Shown here: piece by piece, positions 1-12,722 of the stretch
Numbering within the stretch: the stretch's first letter is position 1
Layout: every line of letters begins with the position of its first letter
Translations under genes and position numbers: made by a program
DNA from: Pseudogymnoascus verrucosus
Lineage: Eukaryota
NCBI GenBank assembly: GCA_001662655.1
Contig: KV460207.1
Reading direction: 5' to 3' (one strand)
DNA: 64,000 nt
Notes under the pieces: generated by a model
Databases searched by the model: none
Told to the model about the DNA's origin: nothing
Seen by the model: the letters and a program-made list of their open reading frames with translations, nothing else

Positions 1-2084
1 ATACAAGTTGAACCAGCGCGTCCAGACACGGATTGTATGTATAGAAGCAAGAAGGAAGTCCAAATAGAACGACAAGACAGGTTTTACTTATACCAACCAC
101 ACCGTTAATCTACGCGGTTGCACATCCTCCCTCCCTTGCTCAGGGCACCACTCCCCAGCGCAACGTGACAACATCGGCGATCGTCGCGTTGTCCATCTTT
201 GCGCTTTAGAGACAGTGTCTGTAAGGGGCCCGCCCGAGCCAAGACTCACACATATAGGGGGTTGGGTGGTAGGTTGTACCCGTCTTGGGACGAGAATGAT
301 TTGAGGGCCTGGAAAGGCGGTTTTATCGTTTCGTGATGAGAGTTTGGGGAACGCAAGAGAAGAGGATACGAGATGGTGGTGGTACGGTGCCTGGATTATA
401 TTTGGAGGAGGGCATGGAAGTGGAAGCGTGGGACGGCGGGTGTGGGTGATGGATGGGTGTGTGTGCGTCATTGTGGAGGTGGAGAGATGGGAGATGGGGA
501 TGTGCATGATGGCTGTGATGGTGTGGGTTGGGTGGTGGTGCTACTATTATTGAGTATGGCGGCGGATGAGATGGGAGATGGTCAGGGGTTATGCACGTTT
601 ATACGTTTATGCTATATAGTGCAAAAGGTAGGGAGGGCTACGGTGGTCGGGTTACACTTTAGTGGACCGAGGTGTTTGTTTTGTTCGTTTTGCTTGGATG
701 GTTAGTATTTGTTATGATAGCTTAGAAAGGGGGTCTGTACTATAAACGCGGTTTGTTTACTTTATTTGGTAGGTGAGGTAAGTTCGTTCACGTCAGGGTC
801 CAAGCCCCTTTTTTCCAGAATATGCACACCGTGTTATTATAGTAGAAGCGCATACACGCAATCAATAAACGTGCAGTAACAATGGAGGATTGCTCATTGT
901 TCATCCTTTAATTGGAGACTTATGCAGTCAGCGACGGCGGACAGGTTTGCCTTGCCTTGCCTTGTTCGGTGCTTACTCTCCTTCTGGCATTCTGGCAGCC
1001 TTCTACCCCACTAGGCCAGGTTACTCCACTGGGAGCACTGGAGATTGGTCTATTTTTGGATCGCGGCTACGGCTACTTCTGTAAGGTTACGCCGTGCCTT
1101 GTGTTTCTTACTGTGGAGGGAGAGAGAGGGGGAAGGAAGGAGCTGATCAGGCAGAATGGCTAGTAATATCTAGTCTGGTGATATTTAGTTCGGTGAGTAG
1201 AGTAGTACTGTCGTATTTCCCTTGGTCTCATACTCAAATTGTAATGGCACAGTGTGAGCTGAAGCCATAGCTTCTTCAGCTGCCCCATACAGCTTCCCGT
1301 ACAGCACTGTCAGCACGGCAAGCACCCGACGGAGCCACACACACCCACTGTGCGTGCGTGCGCCGCGTCAACACCAAGACCTGCCTCCACAGAGTAGCAA
1401 ACGCTTGTATTTACGTAGTGGTTTATATATAGACATCTGCACATCACCGTAGGCCAATATATGCATTGCGCCTCGATATGACATCTATCTTCATCTCCAT
1501 GCGTTCTGGATATCCTGTCTCTCCCTATCGGTCCCGATCTGTCTGTTGCAGCTGTCTCGTCTATCCCCATCTGTCACCGTCTCCGTCTGTCTTGCATGTC
1601 TCTTAGATAGAAACAAGCCACAGAACCTCCCATGGACCCCTCTGTTGGACCCTATCTTTATCCCATACCCTTCTGCATTGCAGTATCACATCCCATTACC
1701 CACTTCTAGATACTCAGTAGATTAGAACTCAACAAATTAACAGCCGCGTTATTTATTATTCCCTGTCTCTTCCGCGTCAAGGGTCATCTCAAAAAGTAAG
1801 CAGGAGCGCACAGTAAACCACTAGACGGCTGACAGTGGAAGCGCGCACGTCCAAATTGGCTTTGCACAGCCTTACCCATCCCGCCCATCCCATCATCCAC
1901 CCCCCCCCCCCCTCATCACACTAAGGCGCAGACAGAGAGGAGACGTGCCACCACCGAAACAAACCTATCCTCTTGATTGAAATTGCACCTAACGCTGGGC
2001 ACTTCACATTTTAATACGTTGTTGTTATCAATTATACCCCTTCGAGCGTCGTGTGCCGCAGCGCCACGAATGTGCTAGTACCAG

Positions 2085-4914
2085 ATGCCCCTGGGATTCA
2101 CTCGGCACAGTAATCGTTCGCAGCAGCTGGCTCCTCTCCCCCCCCAGGTACTACCGCAACAACAACAGCTGCAACTCCCACCACAACTATCGCAAGCTGA
2201 CCAGCTGCAGCAGCAACAACAGCAGCAGCAGGCTCATCTACAGCAGCAGCAACTTCTCCAGCAGCAGCAGCTCCAACAGCAACAACAGCAGCAGCAACAA
2301 CAGCACATCCCGCAGCAACCTCCCACCGCCTCCGAGAACAAAGGTTATGACCCGAGCGTAGTCGCTCAGCCTCAACCACAACAACAACAACAGCAACAAC
2401 AGCAGCCATACCCCAACCCATCCGACGACGTGGCCTCCTACCAAGCGCCCCCAGCGGATCAGCAAAGCGGCGGCAACGCGTATCATGAACTGACAGCCCA
2501 CCCGAGCGCCGCGCCAACCCGATCCCGCTCCCACCGCTTCTCGACATCTTACCTGCATATCACGAGCCCGTCGGCGCAGCAGCAGCAACAGCTACAGCAA
2601 CAACAGCAGCAGGTTTCCCCGCAAAACAGCGGAGACCCTGCGCCCTTCGCAGACGCGGCTGCAAACGCCAAGGTCCCCGCGCCGGGTGAATTAAAGAAGT
2701 CGTCGACCGCTGGACCCGCAGCTCCAACCCTGGTCCCGGAACCGCACAAGAAGTCGAAGTCTCGCAACTTCTTTGGACAGTTCTCGTCCAAGTCGCATCG
2801 CGAGTCGAGTAGTAGCAGTAGCAGTCGCCAGCAGCAACAGCAGCAGCAGCAAGCTCCACCCGCTGCGTCGCTCAAGAGCCCTGCTGTCGGCCGCAAGATC
2901 TCTAAGAAGAACGGCGATTCGCTGCCCCAGACGCCGCAGCAGCAGCAGAATAATTCAGTAGAGGGGCTACAGCAGACTGGGTGGCAGCAGTCGAACCAGA
3001 GCTCAAACAACTTGCCATCGCCGCAGGAGCAGCAGGACGACGGTCTAGACCCCTACCTGATCCGGGACAAGGAGGCAGAGCACCAGGCCTCAGCGTATGA
3101 TCCACGCCTCGGACTCACAGTTCGTGTAGTCGCAGACGGTCAAGGCCAAGTCGCGCCCCAGCAGTACCACCAGTTCCAGGAGCAGCAAGTCCACAGCCCA
3201 CAGCAGTACAGCCCGCAACAGTATCAGCTAGCGCAGCAACAGCACAACGCCCCCATCGAGGACCCCTCGGTCGACTACAGCAACCAGGCACCGCAGCAGC
3301 CAGGGCAATACCAGCAGCAGCACGCGCAGCAGCAGAGCCTCGGCAGCTTCGTCTCCAACCAGCAGTACCGCAACCCGGAGGTCGTCTCGCAGCTCTCCCA
3401 CGACTCCCCCTTAGACCCAAACGAAGAGCAGCGCCCGCCCTCCGTCCAGAGCTCCCAGGGCTACACCGCCCAGCAGCAGTACCCCTCACGCACCGCCTCC
3501 GCGAACCAAGACCCGCCGCGACTAACCCACCAGTCTTCGTCTAACATCATGGCGCCCCCAGCTGCGCAAGGCTCGCAGAGCCGCAAGTCCACAGACAAGA
3601 GCTTGCAGCAGCAGGGTGATAACCGCGCGCCGCCCCCGGGTTACACACAGGGAGGCCAGTTCCCGCCGCCGAACCAGACCCCGACTACCGCGCAGAGCCC
3701 GCTGCCGCCTATCCCGAACCCAGGGCAGCAACAGCAACAGCAGCCGCCGACTAACTACCGCAACTCACAGCTGCGCGGGGAGTACGGGCCTGATGGACGC
3801 AGCACGCCGCCTTTGCAGGAGACGCGCGAGCTGACCGAGATGGATAAGCTGCGTAAGTTTTCACCACTACCACCCCCTATCACCCCGCCTACCTAACTCA
3901 CATGACACAGTCATCAAGTACAAAAAAGTCAAAGGCCTCTACTTCGACAAGCAAGCCCAAGTCGAGCAACTCCAAAACACCCTCGCCAACCAGCGCCTCT
4001 CGCAATCCAAAACCTCCCTCGACGACAGCGAATACATCACGCGCTTCCAGCGCCTCGACGGCGCCATCAAAGAAGTCGCCTTCTCCATCCGCAAAGACTG
4101 GAAAGCCCTCCCCCACTGGCTCGTCCCCTTCGTCAACCCCTCCGCCCTGCAAACCGGGACCAAAGAAATGACCGCCGTCGGCCGCGCCACCATCGCGCGC
4201 TGGCTGAACGACGAGATTTTTGGGAAATGCTTTCACCCGGCCCTCGACCTCGGGTTTTCCGCTGAGCTGAAGAGGGTAGAGCAGAATGTCCGCTTTTTCG
4301 CCGCGCCGCCGCCGAATCAGGATGAGGCTGATGCGCTGACGGCGAAGATCACGCAGTGGAGACTTACGACTATGGAGGGTCTCGCGTACAGATTGAATTC
4401 TCCGCATGCGGCGCAGGCGAAGGCGGATTTCATTCAGATGGCTGTTTCGAATCTGACGGCGCATTTGATGAATCATCTCCATGATGCGGCGGATCACGGG
4501 TTCCAGGGGAACGCGACGAGTATCATCGAACTTGCGGTGGGCATCGCGAGTCATTTGCCGTGCGAGAGTAGGGATATCGCGATCTGCTACCCCCTTCCTG
4601 GGGACCTGGTGGCGCCGTATATGAAGCTCGAGCCGGCGCTGCCGCCGCTGGAGGTAGACACCAAGGCTGAGGAAGGAGATGGGAAGGACGGCAAAGACGA
4701 GGAGTCTGGGAAAGAGGGGAAGGGGAAAAAGGACGCGAAGGTGAAGAAACTCGCTCCTGCCGCTGCTGCTGCTGCCGCCGCCGCCGCCGCAGCAGCAGCA
4801 GCAGAGCCAGAGATCAAGGAAGGCGCGAATAATATCCGGTTTGCGGGCTTTATGGGCGTGGAGGTTAGGGGGAGGCAGTGGTTGTATAATCCGCCTGTGT
4901 GGACGATTTCTTAG
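2085..4914 (+). CDS. Conserved fungal hypothetical protein: long Gln-rich disordered N-terminus and a globular/coiled C-terminal domain (2 exons: 2085-3852, 3911-4914)
   Basis: Intron 3853-3910 (GTAAGT...CTAAC...CAG) joins ORF 2085 in frame to the ORF ending at 4914: ...MDKL|LIKYKKVKGLYFDKQAQVEQLQNTLANQRLSQSKTSLDDSEY. Several polyQ tracts and an A15 tract. Confidence 0.85.
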
Positions 4915-5367
4915 TTTTTTTAGCCTGTTATTTTTTGTGATGTTTTCTTTAAAAGGAGGGGGGTGCTGGCTGTCTATACGTAGATAGAGGGGAGAGGGAC
5001 GAGTATATGATGGAAGGAGGGAGATGTGGTCGGGGTGAAAATATGTGTGGGGATGGAGATTATGCAAATATAAGATGAGATGAGATAGTTTATACGAGGT
5101 TATGATCGCGCTGGCTGCCCCGTTTCCTTTCCTTTTCACTTTGGCCATGCAAGCCCCATGGGGTCCAGATTTGCTCCATCTAGCCATTTCTGCTAAGGTC
5201 TTCCCCAAGCACACACGTTACACGTAAGTTATAACGAATACTATATTGAATTGAGTACAAAGCTCTTAACTAAGAACCAGCCACTCCCTATATAGACTCG
5301 TCATGCCAAAGTGAACAGTCATACTACCCAACTCCGTCTCTATTCACGATTCCTCTATAATTCCAAT

Positions 5368-6087
5368 CTAATTCCTCTCCTCAACCTCAACCGAATTCGA
5401 GAACCCCCTATACTCCTCCTCCCCTATCCTCGCCAACACCGATTCATCCACCACCTTCCCCTTCAACCCATACAACTCCTGAAAGCTCATAATCATCGGC
5501 CGCCATTTATCAGGATCAATCCGATTCTTCGACCCCTCCATCCTAATCTCCCTATGCACGTGCGTTCTAACGACCCTAACTTCCAACGTAAAGAACCCCT
5601 TCGTATCCGCATCCCGAGCCATCTCATATACCCCCACGAGCTCTGCCTCCATCTGCGCCGGGCACTCTGCGATTCTAGCCGGGCGGACAATATCAGATTG
5701 TATAGGCGTAAGTCCCGCGCGACCGAATTTGTCGGGGACGTATTCGTAGCCGTTCATTCGCTTGAAGTATTTATATCCCTCGCCAGGCTGCGCGGTGAGG
5801 ATTTCCTTCGAGCCAGTGGTTCGAGCTAGGGCATTGACGGCATCTGTCATGTCGTCCGAGGGGAGATTGAGGACGCACTGCTTGGTGCGGAGGAGGTTTA
5901 TCGTGGTTTGCGATATGCCGCCGAGACCGAGCATGCATCTGTTGCCGAGCCAGAAGGCGGATGACATGGGGGCGATGTTGAAGGTTGAGTCTTCGTTTTC
6001 GGTGGTGATGAGGACGACGGGGGTGCCCCAGTAGAAAATTGCTGGGGAGATTGTGTCGTGGTTGGAGGAAGGGGCGGTTGGAGACAT
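5368..6087 (-). CDS. Flavin reductase-like FMN-binding protein (DIM6/NtaB family)
   Basis: Intronless 239 aa ORF with motifs YWGTPVVLITTENEDSTFNIAPMSS, CVLNLP, DKFGRAGLT, RIAECPAQME, IDPDKWRP. Confidence 0.85.
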   Translation of the reverse strand: MSPTAPSSNHDTISPAIFYWGTPVVLITTENEDSTFNIAPMSSAFWLGNRCMLGLGGISQTTINLLRTKQCVLNLPSDDMTDAVNALARTTGSKEILTAQPGEGYKYFKRMNGYEYVPDKFGRAGLTPIQSDIVRPARIAECPAQMEAELVGVYEMARDADTKGFFTLEVRVVRTHVHREIRMEGSKNRIDPDKWRPMIMSFQELYGLKGKVVDESVLARIGEEEYRGFSNSVEVEERN

Positions 6088-6573
6088 TGTGAAGTCGTGT
6101 CGGTGCTCTCTTTGTTGTTGGAGGATGTTTTGGATCTGGTGACTATGGAATGATATGAGTATTCAGTGATGGAAAGGATGGCCTTAGAATGCATGGAAGC
6201 TCCTATATATACATATTCTACGGTATAGTAGCTTGTTTGGATTTGTCCAGATCCCTTCCTGATCGTAGGCAACCAACAGTTGCTAACCAATGAGACGGAG
6301 ATCCTGTTACAGATCTCTGCAGACAATAATCAGTTACAACAATGATTAATTGCGAGGACAAGACATCCGGGTGATTCATAGGAGCTAATGCATAGGTTTT
6401 CGTTGAATCATCCCCTGCTAGAGTTAAAAGGGACCATAAGATATCAGATTTATCACAAGAGTGGATTTGTCTAAGAGTTTAATTGGCCATTTTGACAACA
6501 TGAGCTAACTAGCATGGCTCATAGGTGGCACGGTGGCACGTTAATTGAAGGCAAGTGCTGTCAACAGAATCAG

Positions 6574-6660
6574 TGTTATTAAAGTGACGAATGAAGCTGC
6601 GGAGACTAAAACATGAATTTACTCCCCCTCTAGTAAATTCATGTTATTAAAGTGACGAAT
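6574..6660. repeat. 19-bp direct repeat bracketing a 14-bp perfect inverted repeat
   Basis: TGTTATTAAAGTGACGAAT at 6574-6592 and 6642-6660; AACATGAATTTACT (6610-6623) pairs with AGTAAATTCATGTT (6632-6645) around an 8-nt loop. Confidence 0.9.
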
Positions 6661-7188
6661 CATCGAGCCTGCTCAGCACTTGGACCACCGGCCCACACAT
6701 GTTCCCTCACTCTTTAAGCACCAGCACACCACATCACAACAGTAATCAAGACGATACACATAAAATGAATAACTGAGCAGTGTATCTCCCTCCATTTACG
6801 AGGTAAAACTATATACCTTCCCCCCCACCCTCCATATTCAATCGAAAAACTCCATATCAACAATCCCATCCTCCCCATCCCATGCTTCCCTCCCCCCCTC
6901 CCAAAAAAATAGAACTCCCCCCCAATAACAAAAAAACACAAAGCTTAAATATTCGACAATGTCCCCAACCAACCGCCCCGAATCAATGATCGCTATACCC
7001 GCCCCGACCCCAGACCAGACCAAACCGAAACCATGAAAAGACAAAGGAAAAGAGATGCAGGTAGCACCACTGTATGAACGCCTTCGACACCATTTTAACC
7101 CGCGCTAAACCGAATAACCACCCCGTCCACCCTCATCGAAACAGCACACCACATCCAGCACCTAGAAGTGAGGATAAAAGAGGTGGGA

Positions 7189-8956
7189 TCACACAGTCCC
7201 CGACCTCCCCCTCTCCTCGCCCCTCCGCCCCTCAGCAACAGCATCGCTATAACTCGGGATCGGCGGGCTCCTCCCCCCCCTTCTCCCTACACCCGCACCG
7301 CTTCCACCAAGCAACCTCCTCCTCTCCCCCTCGCCATCACTATCGCTCCCCCTCCTACTCGCCGGCGGACTCGAGTACTCCGGCGGCGGATGAGCGGTAT
7401 GATCTTCCACCACGACCCCTTGCACCACCTGTGTCGTGGGTGCAGGGGGGGGGAGCTGAATCCCCAGCCCCGCAGCATGTAGCGCAGCATCATGATGTAA
7501 CCCCGCGATCCTCCCTGCGCTCCCTTCACCCCCATCATCAGTCGGGGGCGGGATATGCACTAGGTGCGCGAGAGAGATATCCGTTGGGCTCCTCACCGGC
7601 CCCGGACTCGTCGGGTGGCCACGGAAGATATTCCCGCTTCGCGTGCGTCCATGGCGGCTAGGTTGGTGATTATGCGCCGTCTCCGTGGCACCACCCCCCG
7701 CACCGCCAGCCTCCAAAAGAATACTCCCCTGTTCACTCCCATACGGCGGCGGCGGCGCCAGGGAGCCCGTCATTGGCGCAAGACCCCATTTCTTGACATT
7801 AGCTTCGATGAACACGAATCCCGATTGCCCGAAGTTGACGTGTACGGTGCAAGGTCCGTTCGCGCCGACGGCGGGGAAGAGGTTCTGGGATTTGAGGCCG
7901 TGGGCGACGTCGTCGAGTTTCTTGCCGTTGCGGGTGAAGAAGAGGGTGCCGGTGCGGGGGCGGTAGCCAACGCCGATGACGTCGCCTTGGACGTAGGGGG
8001 GGCCGTAGGAGGTGGGGGTGAAGGGTTGGTTGTAGCGGCGTTGGCCGGTGGAGGTGTAGGCTACGGAGTATTTGTGCCAGCCTAGGGGATGGGTTAGTTG
8101 TTGGATTTCGAGGGATGGGGTGGCGGGGGAGCAAGGGGTGGTATTGTTGGATGAAGAGGCGAGGGAAGCTTACCAGGTAGACGGAAGAGAGGATAGGGTT
8201 TGGTAGCCATGCCAATGCTGATCATGGTCTGCTCGGGCTTATCATAGATCTTGCTCTCCCAATAATACACTTCATTCTGTTTCGGGACGGGTAGGTTGCT
8301 CAAGACGCAGCACTCGCTGTCGAAGAACTCAATCTCGGTCCTCGCTTCGACGAAACAATTCGCTATTTCCAGTTCCGGCTCAAACTCCCACGCTGATACG
8401 CCTTTCTCTTGGATAGCCAGGTATTGAGACAACGAGATGTCGGTTGGTAACGAATCCGGGGGATTCGATTCGATGAAAGCTGTACACCAAATCATTAGCA
8501 ATTGTCCCCAACTTAACTCCCCAGCCCCCCCAGAACATCTCAAGACATACCCTTAGCCCTCAAATAATCAATCCTCTGCCCTTCCTCCATGGTCTCCAGC
8601 GCCTCGGCCTCCTCCCTCAAAAAGCTCTGCTCATCATCATACTCCCCAGGCCTCCCAATCCGATCCAGCAGAATGCGACCTCCCTGCGTATACCTAAAGA
8701 AGTACACCACCAGAAACACCAGCGCGATGAACAGCGCCGACCCGAATGACGACAGCAGCCCGATCAGCACCCCGTTCGCCGTCGAGCTCTCCATCATCAC
8801 GCTGCTGCTGCTGACGACGCCACCGGCGGCGGCGGTGTAGGCATCAGGACGGCTGTGTTGTGAGGCGCCGGAGGAGGAGGACCGGATGTAGATGTTGGCG
8901 AAGAGGTCGGGGCCGGAGTCGACATGCCGCGGGTTGCGGATGCGGGTGGGCTTCAT
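7189..8956 (-). CDS. SSH4: Ssh4-like single-TM SPRY-domain protein, Rsp5 adaptor (3 exons: 8956-8551, 8479-8174, 8081-7189; start codon uncertain)
   Basis: TM segment, then GRPGEYDDEQ, QEKGVSAWEFEP, SNLPVPKQNEVYYWESKIY, TKPYPLFRLPG|WHKYSVAY, FIEANVKKWGLAP and the PY motif PPPPY. Introns 8480-8550 and 8082-8173 have canonical sites and keep the frame. Confidence 0.9.
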
Positions 8957-10349
8957 GGTCGGTGGGTGGTGGCCTGGCCAGGACAGGGTGGGTTCCGCGG
9001 CAGTAGGTGGGATGGGTGGCGGTGGTGAGGAGGATGTCGGGTTGCACGAGAGATGTGGATGTTGTGCAAGAGTGTTCTTCGCGTTGTTCGGCGTGTAGGT
9101 GAGGTCGGTGATGAGGTTGGTCGTTGGCGGGTGGTGGTGGTGGTGAGGTCGGTTGGTTGGAGAAGTGGAGTGGATGGGGGATGTTGGTTGCCGCCGGGTT
9201 GTCGTCAGTTGAGATAGTCGATGACCGCCGTCTGACCCGCCAAGGCTATACTTAGATACCTAGCGCAAGCGAGGATAATGCTGTAAGTGACAAGTCTCGT
9301 CTTCGTCTGCCTTGAGCGCTTGTCTCAGAATATGGCGGGCTGAAAGGGATTGAGAAAGGACGGTGAGGATGGTCGAGACGAGAATATACTGGGAGAATTG
9401 TAGAATTGGAAAAGGTTTATTGTTGCTGTATTGTCATTGTCGTGCGTCCGCGTCTGTTAGTTGGTTTGGTGTGCATTGGACGGTGAAACCTGGGGGTGTG
9501 TGTTGATGATCCGGAGCTCACTAACTCGCCCTTCCTCTTCCTACTCCGGCTGGTACAACGCGGTGTGTGTCGTGGCTCTGGCGTGGGGCGGGGGACTCAC
9601 AGCGCGCATTACATGCATTATTCAGTGGGGATACACACTCAGAACAGCACTGGTTGCATGATTCACCGCCGCGTTACACGGAGAGGGCTTGTAAGGGACT
9701 TGTACTCTCACTTGACACACGGGGACAGGGCGCAGGGAAATTCAACAATGCGTAGTGATACAATACACTGGTATGTTCTGTATTCCATCTAATATAGAAC
9801 ATATAGAACACTTCAGATGGTTCTATAACTTAATAAGCATTGTTATACCGCTGACAACTCTGCTGATTGAAGGTTCTGCCAGTGTCTATGTCACAACTTA
9901 CGCAGCGAAGTTCCCGTCGATGTGACGTATGCCACCAAGCACCAACGCCACCCGCTAACCAAGAAACCAAGGCTCTTGTAGACGGCAAACTGGCAAACTC
10001 GATGATTCTCCTCTCACCTGACCCACGGAAGCTTAAATCTCCAAAAAAAAATTAAAGTAGCTGACGAAACGTTGTCTTATAACGAAGAACTTGAAATCTA
10101 GTTGCCATTTTCATCCATATCGAGCACTCTGTCTCATAGTAGTAGCTCGTCTCTAGAAACATGGTATAGAACGCCATGGCAAATGCATGATGAACATCGA
10201 CGATATCCAGCCCTCTCGGCTTCTCCCTGCTGCTGCCATATGATACAGCCTCCCAAAGATCTAGCCAGCACTGAAGATCACCCTCCCAATCCCAGGCGCA
10301 AACAGCTCACCTCCCCCCACCACCCTTCAAAGAAAACCCATCCCCCTCC

Positions 10350-11415
10350 CTATTCCGCCATCTCCACATCCTCCCCACCCTTCCTCCTCTCCTCCACCCT
10401 CCCCTTATACGCCTTCTTCGCCCCCTCCACCCACTCCTCATACTTCCCCTCCTTCACCTTCTCCCTCATAACCGCCTTCAAAATCTCCGCCCCAAACCCC
10501 ACAAAATTATGTCTCCTCAACGCATTCTCAAACACCCACTCCTGCCTCTTCCCCTCCTCCTGCGCCAACAACCCCTCATCCCCCGTCTCCCTCGCCCTGA
10601 TCCTCAGATCCCTCACCATCGCCAACAGATTAAACCGAATCTCCTCAGCCGGGTACCTCGCAATCCGCGCCTGCAACACCGGCACAACTTTCTCGGGAAA
10701 CTCCTCGAACGTGCAGCTCCCATGGCTCAGCGGCGCGTCTTGGAGTCCGTCGAGCTCGTACAGGATCCCGTCGATGGGGGTGTATGCGATGAAGTGGTAT
10801 AACTCGTCATCCTCCCCCGCAGCCCTGTGCTGTTCCTCCATCGAAAACGGCGACGATTTGGCGAACGAATTGTGCACCTCTCTAATCCTATCACTATTGC
10901 TGAGTGCCTCGCCCCTAAACTCCGCCGGGAACTGCTTCGTAAACTCCTTGAACCCCTCCAGCTCCGCTCCCAGCGCTACGCCCTCCCCAGACGGCGCAGT
11001 TGTATCCACATTCAGCAGCACGGAAAGCAGGGCTTGGGTACCGCACGCATTCTGGATCGTTTGTTTGGCGAAGAAGAGGGATTCTGCTGCAGCAGGCAGG
11101 GGGGTGCCGGAAGCGGGCGAGGGTAGCGCGGTGGTGGGGTATTTGAAGAGGAAGATTACGCCGTAGACGGGGGAGAGGGAGGTGAGGGCTGTGGGGTCGA
11201 GGGAGAGGAGCTCTTCGAATTGGACGCCGGTTACGCCGAGGTTGTCGAGGAGGAAGGTGAAGACTCCGGCGTCGGATTCGACTGTGGGGGGAGGAGAAGT
11301 CAGCTAGGTGGTCTTGGTGGTGAGGTTGGAAGAGCTTGGTGATTTTTATGTGTCCTTGCTTGGATAGTAACCAGGGAGGGAGGGATAGCTTACTAGTATT
11401 CCAACCCCCGCTCAT
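10350..11415 (-). CDS. UCH37: Ubiquitin C-terminal hydrolase, UCH37/UCHL5 type (2 exons: 11415-11394, 11281-10350)
   Basis: MSGGWNT|IESDAGVFT; the oxyanion/catalytic region (QTIQNACG) is read from the minus strand; YHFIAY, LYELDGL, FNLLA and the C-terminal ENALRRHNF. Intron 11282-11393. Confidence 0.93.
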
Positions 11416-12722
11416 CTTTGCGAATTTTCCAGTTCTCCTTCTTTCTGTATCCAAGCTCTACACGTAAAAAGCGCAGAAAATAACAATCCTCAAAAGTCGT
11501 GTTGTTGTCGTTGTTTGGATCTGCGCGAACTAAGGTAAGTAAGTGGAGGGACCTCAAATCAACCGGTGACGAGTTTACAGTAAGCTCAAACCCACCGCCG
11601 GCGGGTGCGCTAAGCGAGGCTACGCACTTGCATTTGCCCAAAAAAGTGCGGGAGGATCGCACATTAGCGGCAAGGCTGGGGAAATTTAGCCGCATCGATG
11701 CATATCTGGCGATCGCGCCCATCAATCACGGTGGCAGGTCGCTGGGGGGGAGGGGCGGTCGCAGATGGTGAAATGAAACATGATGTCTTAAGGCATGATA
11801 CCGTGTACTTGGCGATCGATCTTACTGGCGACTCACAACATATATTCAAAGCAGAAATCACATGCAAAAGGGAGGCAATATTTAGATGGCAGCAATTGAA
11901 ACGTCTTCATTCCAAGTCCCGTTCCAGCTTCTCCAAGTAATATCAAAAAATATCAGAAAACAAGCTACCAGTATACAGAGTTTGCCCGGACCCATCCACC
12001 GTCCGCAGCCGCGCGCGCAAACTGCCTTCTCCGCCTGCAGTTGCTACAAAACAAATCGCAAAACAGCGAGCAAATTCCAAAAGCCATGCATGCTTGTTTC
12101 CTCTTTTGCCCAATTGCGTGTATCCCGCGTGTCCCAGTTCGCATCCCAAATCGCAAAAACCAAATATCAAAAAATTCCAAAGCTGTTCTAAAATCAAAAA
12201 AGCAAGTTGTTGCGCCAAACCAATGCATATGTTGTTGGGTATCTTAAGGACCGTGAGGTGCTATCGTTCTAGCTCTGTCGTGGGTATCTTTCTAAACGCC
12301 GTTCCCAAAAAGCTAAGGATAGGAGAGCTCAATGATTTCGCTGCGTAGGCATCATTAAGCTGGTAATTACATGGGAATCATCATGTGTTTCCCGTATTCT
12401 GTAGTAGAGGAGAGTCGTAAAAAGTCGTAAAGTTGTTTCTATTGTTGCTGGCGGCCTTTTCCTTTCGGAGAAGGAGGAGGTGGTTGAGTGGTGTAAGGGC
12501 TGTAGCGGTGTTGAGGTGATTGAGAGTGCAAGTGAGGATAGCGTGGTGATGGGAGTGGAGAGTATCGTTGAGATTGTGTCGATGGTGAGGAGTTGTAGTT
12601 GTCCATTGTTTGTGACGGGACTATTGGAGTATTCGGAGTTGGTGAGGAGTGGGGGTCGTCGTTCCTGGCCCCTAAGCTTGTATTGAACGTCCTGGGCGAT
12701 GTTATTTCCTGATCCGCCAAAC

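Noticed and set aside
88..1570. Several short ORFs at the window start
   Set aside because: Low-complexity GT/GA-rich sequence without domains; more likely the leader or promoter of a gene outside the window.
3898..5214. 438-aa minus-strand ORF
   Set aside because: Antisense shadow of exon 2 of the Q-rich gene; no recognisable motif, and it arises from biased codon usage.
10102..11166. 354-aa plus-strand ORF
   Set aside because: Antisense to UCH37; its Ser/Pro/Phe-rich translation mirrors the real gene's codons.
11730..11740. GGTGGCAG as an Rpn4/PACE element upstream of UCH37 (also GCTGGCAAAA near the PAC4-like gene)
   Set aside because: Only partial matches to the yeast consensus GGTGGCAAA, and the motif is not known to be the same in this lineage.
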